Source: a virus (lineage: Duplodnaviria > Caudoviricetes). From it: 28,203 bases of DNA. A program made the translations under genes and the position numbers. The stretch spans positions 1-28,203 of IMG/VR virus record IMGVR_UViG_3300024996_000028. The stretch is one strand, 5' to 3'. Shown here piece by piece: positions 25,216 to 28,203 of this stretch (within the stretch, counting starts at the first letter, position 1; each line of letters opens with the position of its first letter). The notes under the pieces are model-generated. The model had not been told where the DNA came from and did not search any database. It saw nothing but the letters and a program-made list of their open reading frames with translations.

Positions 25216-25568
25216 ACCGCCTCGCCCGCGAGGCTCCGTACCAGCAGGCGGACGCCCATCTTCTGGTTCGGCTTCAGCCGCTCGAACCGCTTCACCAGCT
25301 CGAGCGTCTCGCGGTTGGGTACGACCGCAGGACGCGCCGGCTCGTCACCCATGGCGGCGGCCACCAGCTCTGTGACGCTGATGCCCAGAGCGGCGGCGAT
25401 CTCCACGAGGCGGGGAAACGCGACCTGATTCTTGCCCCTCTCGTACTTCTGGACCTGCTGGAAGGTGATCCCGAGCTTCTTGCCGAGGGCGTCCTGCGAC
25501 ATGCCGAGGAGGGTTCGCTTCTGGCGGATGACCGCGCCGAGGCGGGCGTTGAGTTCGTCCGGGGTCAT
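25212..25568 (-). CDS. XRE-family HTH transcriptional regulator
   Basis: IRQKRTLLGMSQDALGKKLGITFQQVQKYERGKN (118 aa from ATG 25568). Confidence 0.9.
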   Translation of the reverse strand: MTPDELNARLGAVIRQKRTLLGMSQDALGKKLGITFQQVQKYERGKNQVAFPRLVEIAAALGISVTELVAAAMGDEPARPAVVPNRETLELVKRFERLKPNQKMGVRLLVRSLAGEAV

Positions 25569-25924
25569 TCTGCACCCCGCTCTTTGAAGTCCTCGGACGG
25601 GTCGAACCAGTCGTCCTTCACGATGTGGCCGATGGCCAGAATCCGTCCGCCCAAACCGCCCTTGTCCAGTTTCACGCGGATGGTCTTCCCGGCCATCTTT
25701 TCCCACGAGGAGACATCGGCGATCTCCATGCAACGCCAGATAAAGTGACCGGCATGGCTCAGCAACCTGTGGTGGCTGAAGCTCTTCGGCAAGTAGAGGG
25801 CATAGCCGCCAAACCCTTGGCCAGACCCGCCGTAGTCCAGATGGAGCCAAGCCGTCAACAGCCCACGTTCCGAGTCATTGATGCTCGCGCTTTGAATGAT
25901 TGCGTTCCTGATCTCTATTGTCAC
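25565..25924 (-). CDS. Conserved phage hypothetical protein
   Basis: RNAIIQS..LDYGGSGQGFGGYAL..IGHIVKDDWFDP. Confidence 0.75.
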   Translation of the reverse strand: MTIEIRNAIIQSASINDSERGLLTAWLHLDYGGSGQGFGGYALYLPKSFSHHRLLSHAGHFIWRCMEIADVSSWEKMAGKTIRVKLDKGGLGGRILAIGHIVKDDWFDPSEDFKERGAE

Positions 25925-25957
25925 TTCACCTCACTTTCCGCCCCTCGGGGCATTGCG

Positions 25958-26344
25958 TTACTCAGCTATATCCATGGGCTTGCCGTTCTCCTCGCCCCAG
26001 ATGTTCTCGTTGTGCCACTTGGCGAACGCCCTGATGAAGTCGAGGGCGGCTCCGGCCGCCTGGTCGATCATGGCGTCCAGCGGCGTCCGGCCGGGTCGCC
26101 ACTGGTTGCCGGTCTCTTTCCGGAAGGCAGCCACGACATCCTCGCGGGTCAGGGCGTACCGGACGCTGCCGATCCAAGCCGAGGCCATGAAGTCGCTCTT
26201 GGGCATGAGGTCGGCGACAGGCGATTCGGGCTCGTCGTCCTGAGCCTGCTCCATCAGCTTCCGCCGCTTGTCCGGCAAGACCTTAGCGTGCATGCGCGTC
26301 ACGGCCTTGGCGATGGGGTTGCGGGTCTTCGGAGGGCGGGTCAT
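25958..26344 (-). CDS. Hypothetical protein
   Basis: 128 aa from MTRPPKTRNPIAK; ATGA overlap. Confidence 0.65.
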   Translation of the reverse strand: MTRPPKTRNPIAKAVTRMHAKVLPDKRRKLMEQAQDDEPESPVADLMPKSDFMASAWIGSVRYALTREDVVAAFRKETGNQWRPGRTPLDAMIDQAAGAALDFIRAFAKWHNENIWGEENGKPMDIAE

Positions 26345-26505
26345 GGCTGCCGCTCGCTGAAATGGTCGCACCTCTCCTCGGTACGCGGGCTCTCGACGAA
26401 CCAAGACTGGCGATATTCGTTAGGCTGTGTGCCGCTGGCGGGGTTCCGGTAGCATTTCGGGGCCAATGGACAGGTCTTGTCATCGCACATCGTTATGTCG
26501 GGCAT
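26341..26505 (-). CDS. Small Cys-rich phage protein
   Basis: MPDITMC..CP..CYR..YRQSWF..CDHF (54 aa); AAGG RBS. Confidence 0.7.
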   Translation of the reverse strand: MPDITMCDDKTCPLAPKCYRNPASGTQPNEYRQSWFVESPRTEERCDHFSERQP

Positions 26506-26536
26506 AATGTTTTCCTTGCCTTTCGTCGGTTGCTTC

Positions 26537-26677
26537 TTACCAATCTCCGATGATTTTGCCGCAATCCGAGCAGAAGCCGCGGTCGTCAAAATCGCACTTG
26601 TGGCGCGTTGCCTCCAGGTAAGCCTGCCAGGCGCGCTTGATGTAGCCTGCTGCGGCCTTGAATCGTAACTTTCTCAT
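26537..26677 (-). CDS. Small Zn-binding-type protein
   Basis: MRKLRFK..HKCDF..CSDCG (46 aa); ATGA overlap. Confidence 0.5.
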   Translation of the reverse strand: MRKLRFKAAAGYIKRAWQAYLEATRHKCDFDDRGFCSDCGKIIGDW

Positions 26678-27132
26678 ACCGCCCCCGTCGTTGGTATGGC
26701 CTTGGTGACGGCTTCAGCTGCTCGGAGGAAGTGCACCGGGACGACCGATGAAGCGAAATGCTCTCGGGCGTTTCCGCCGCCCCAAGCCTGATAGGCCTTG
26801 GCGAACGGCATCAGAGCCGTCAACAGTTGCTTCACGACCGCTTGAAGTCGCTCGACTTCGTTATCCGCCGCTCGTTCTCCGCGCTCGGTGGCTTCGAGCC
26901 GATCTTGCAGCTCCTTCACCAGCCCGCTTTCGGCGCGGTTCAGGAAGTCGAGGATCTGGGTAGCCACATCGTCGGCGTCGGCCTCGGTCGCCGTGGACAC
27001 GCGATTGATATCCACCCTGACCGTGAGGCGGTTCTGGAACGTCTCGTTGCCCTTGTCCCAGCCTGCGTGTTCGAGCGTGTAGAGCAGGTTGCCGTCGCGC
27101 AGCCACTCCTCTTTTTTCTGTCCTTCAGCCAT
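26674..27132 (-). CDS. Hypothetical coiled-coil phage protein
   Basis: 152 aa from MAEGQKKEEW. Confidence 0.65.
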   Translation of the reverse strand: MAEGQKKEEWLRDGNLLYTLEHAGWDKGNETFQNRLTVRVDINRVSTATEADADDVATQILDFLNRAESGLVKELQDRLEATERGERAADNEVERLQAVVKQLLTALMPFAKAYQAWGGGNAREHFASSVVPVHFLRAAEAVTKAIPTTGAV

Positions 27133-27134
27133 AG

Positions 27135-27311
27135 CTAACCTTTCTTCTTGCTCTGTTTCATTTCCTTCTTTCGCTTGGCGATCCATGCCTTGCGGTAAGC
27201 CCGCTGGTACTCGCGGCTGCACGGGATACAGGCACCAGCGGCGTTCCGCTCCGCCCCCCCGCACTTTTTGCAGGGGGAGCGGGGGCGACCGGGTTTGGGG
27301 GCTTCCGTCAT
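27135..27311 (-). CDS. Small C4 zinc-finger protein with basic tail
   Basis: PCKKCG..CIPC..RKAWIAKRKKEMKQSKKKG (58 aa); ATGA overlap. Confidence 0.6.
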   Translation of the reverse strand: MTEAPKPGRPRSPCKKCGGAERNAAGACIPCSREYQRAYRKAWIAKRKKEMKQSKKKG

Positions 27312-27631
27312 GCGGCTTTGCCCGTGGCTTCGGCGATCAGTCGACGTTTCTCGGGCGACAGGAGCGCCAGAGCCATTGCCTCTGCTTCGGCTGGAGCAAG
27401 GGTCAGATGGCCGTGCGTCTTATAAGAGCGGCGATTCGCACCCTTGATTTCGTCGATCCAGATTTCGACTTGGGTGTGCTCGCCGCGGTCGGGGCGGTCT
27501 TCCGCCGAGACGTGCCGGATCTTCAGCTCATTAATGCGGGTGTAGTTGTGGCGGGTTCCGCTATCGATTTGCGTGAACGTATCGTAAGCGCCTTTGCTCC
27601 CGTCATTCCGCGTGTGCTCTGCTTTCGTCAT
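27308..27631 (-). CDS. Hypothetical protein, first gene after an AT-rich promoter region (27640-27716)
   Basis: 107 aa, GGAGG RBS. Confidence 0.7.
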   Translation of the reverse strand: MTKAEHTRNDGSKGAYDTFTQIDSGTRHNYTRINELKIRHVSAEDRPDRGEHTQVEIWIDEIKGANRRSYKTHGHLTLAPAEAEAMALALLSPEKRRLIAEATGKAA

Positions 27632-27716
27632 TGGTGTAGCCTCCGTGCTATTGTTGTATTTTTGTTTTACATTTTATTTTTGCCTCATGCAACAACTATT
27701 TTGCATACGACAAATC

Positions 27717-27741
27717 AAAATACCCCGCCATCAGGCGGGGT
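27717..27741 (-). terminator. Rho-independent terminator
   Basis: ACCCCGCC/GGCGGGGT stem with a U-tract on the minus strand, downstream of the 27766 gene. Confidence 0.65.
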
Positions 27742-27765
27742 CGGTTCATCGGGCTTTCCGGCAGG

Positions 27766-28029
27766 TCAATCCCCGCAGGCGAAGCTGTGGCCTCGTGCGA
27801 CTTCGCCCGGCCACAACTCCAGATTCGGCTCGTTCCGCCCCGTCTCGGGGTCCGCTCGAGGCACGACGCGGGCGACCAGCCGCTCGCGCTCGAACACGGC
27901 GACGGAGCCGATCCAGTTGTCGTCATACCACAGCAGCCGGTACTCCTCGAACGCCGCCGCGAGCGTCGTGGCGTCGATGACCAGGTCGAAGGCGGCGGTG
28001 TCGGTGGCTGGGTACAGGAAGCGGTACAT
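27766..28029 (-). CDS. Hypothetical protein
   Basis: 87 aa, GGAGG RBS. Confidence 0.65.
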   Translation of the reverse strand: MYRFLYPATDTAAFDLVIDATTLAAAFEEYRLLWYDDNWIGSVAVFERERLVARVVPRADPETGRNEPNLELWPGEVARGHSFACGD

Positions 28030-28203
28030 TCACGGCCCTCCCGTGGGTGGCGGGATCTCGAACAGGATCGCCTCGAAGTCGCGTTTCACGAAGTTGTAGC
28101 GGGGGAGGATCTGGGCCACGAGGAACTGGTATTCCCACACGGCGATGGCGGGCTCGATGTCGGAATCCCAATGCTCGGCCACGTATTCGGCGAAGGCAGC
28201 CTG
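28030..28203 (-). CDS. Hypothetical protein (5' truncated by the window edge), paralog of 27766-28029
   Basis: ..AAFAEYVAEHWDSDIEPAIAVWEYQFLVAQILPRY..*. Confidence 0.6.
   Translation of the reverse strand, partial: QAAFAEYVAEHWDSDIEPAIAVWEYQFLVAQILPRYNFVKRDFEAILFEIPPPTGGP

Noticed and set aside
1-28203. tRNA, rRNA, reverse transcriptase/DGR or integrase-att features
   Set aside because: No cloverleaf with T/D-loop consensus, no RT or recombinase motifs, and no long direct repeats were seen by eye.

Overview
A GC-rich, highly mosaic mobile element with no structural (virion), integrase or T4SS genes in this window. Left part (0.3-9.9 kb): a phage-type replication/recombination module. It contains a Prim-Pol/PriCT-2/DUF3987-type primase-helicase, an AlpA-like HTH, an AAA_24/Sak4-like ATPase, a DUF669-type SSB, a Cas4-like PD-(D/E)XK exonuclease, an SF2 helicase and a VRR-NUC nuclease. 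An AT-rich iteron-like origin lies at ~1.0-1.3 kb, separated from the primase by an inserted PD-(D/E)XK-like gene. 10-15 kb: two divergent operons of small phage-like genes, including an RHH protein and a GIY-YIG-RHH nuclease. 15.2-16.1 kb: a complete IS5-family element (17-bp TIRs, TCA duplication, -1 frameshift) interrupting a gene that ends in EEIPF. 16.4-20 kb: a strongly hairpin-forming region with oriT/ssDNA-promoter/ssi-like features, then a MobF relaxase-helicase and a small accessory gene. 20-28.2 kb: a long minus-strand array of translationally coupled small genes. It includes a Cdc123-like ATP-grasp protein, a cupin-like protein, an XRE regulator, an Frpo-like ssDNA-promoter hairpin and a TnpB-only IS200/IS605 element. 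That element is inserted so that both halves of the interrupted gene remain translatable. Family assignments come from motif recognition, not from database searches.
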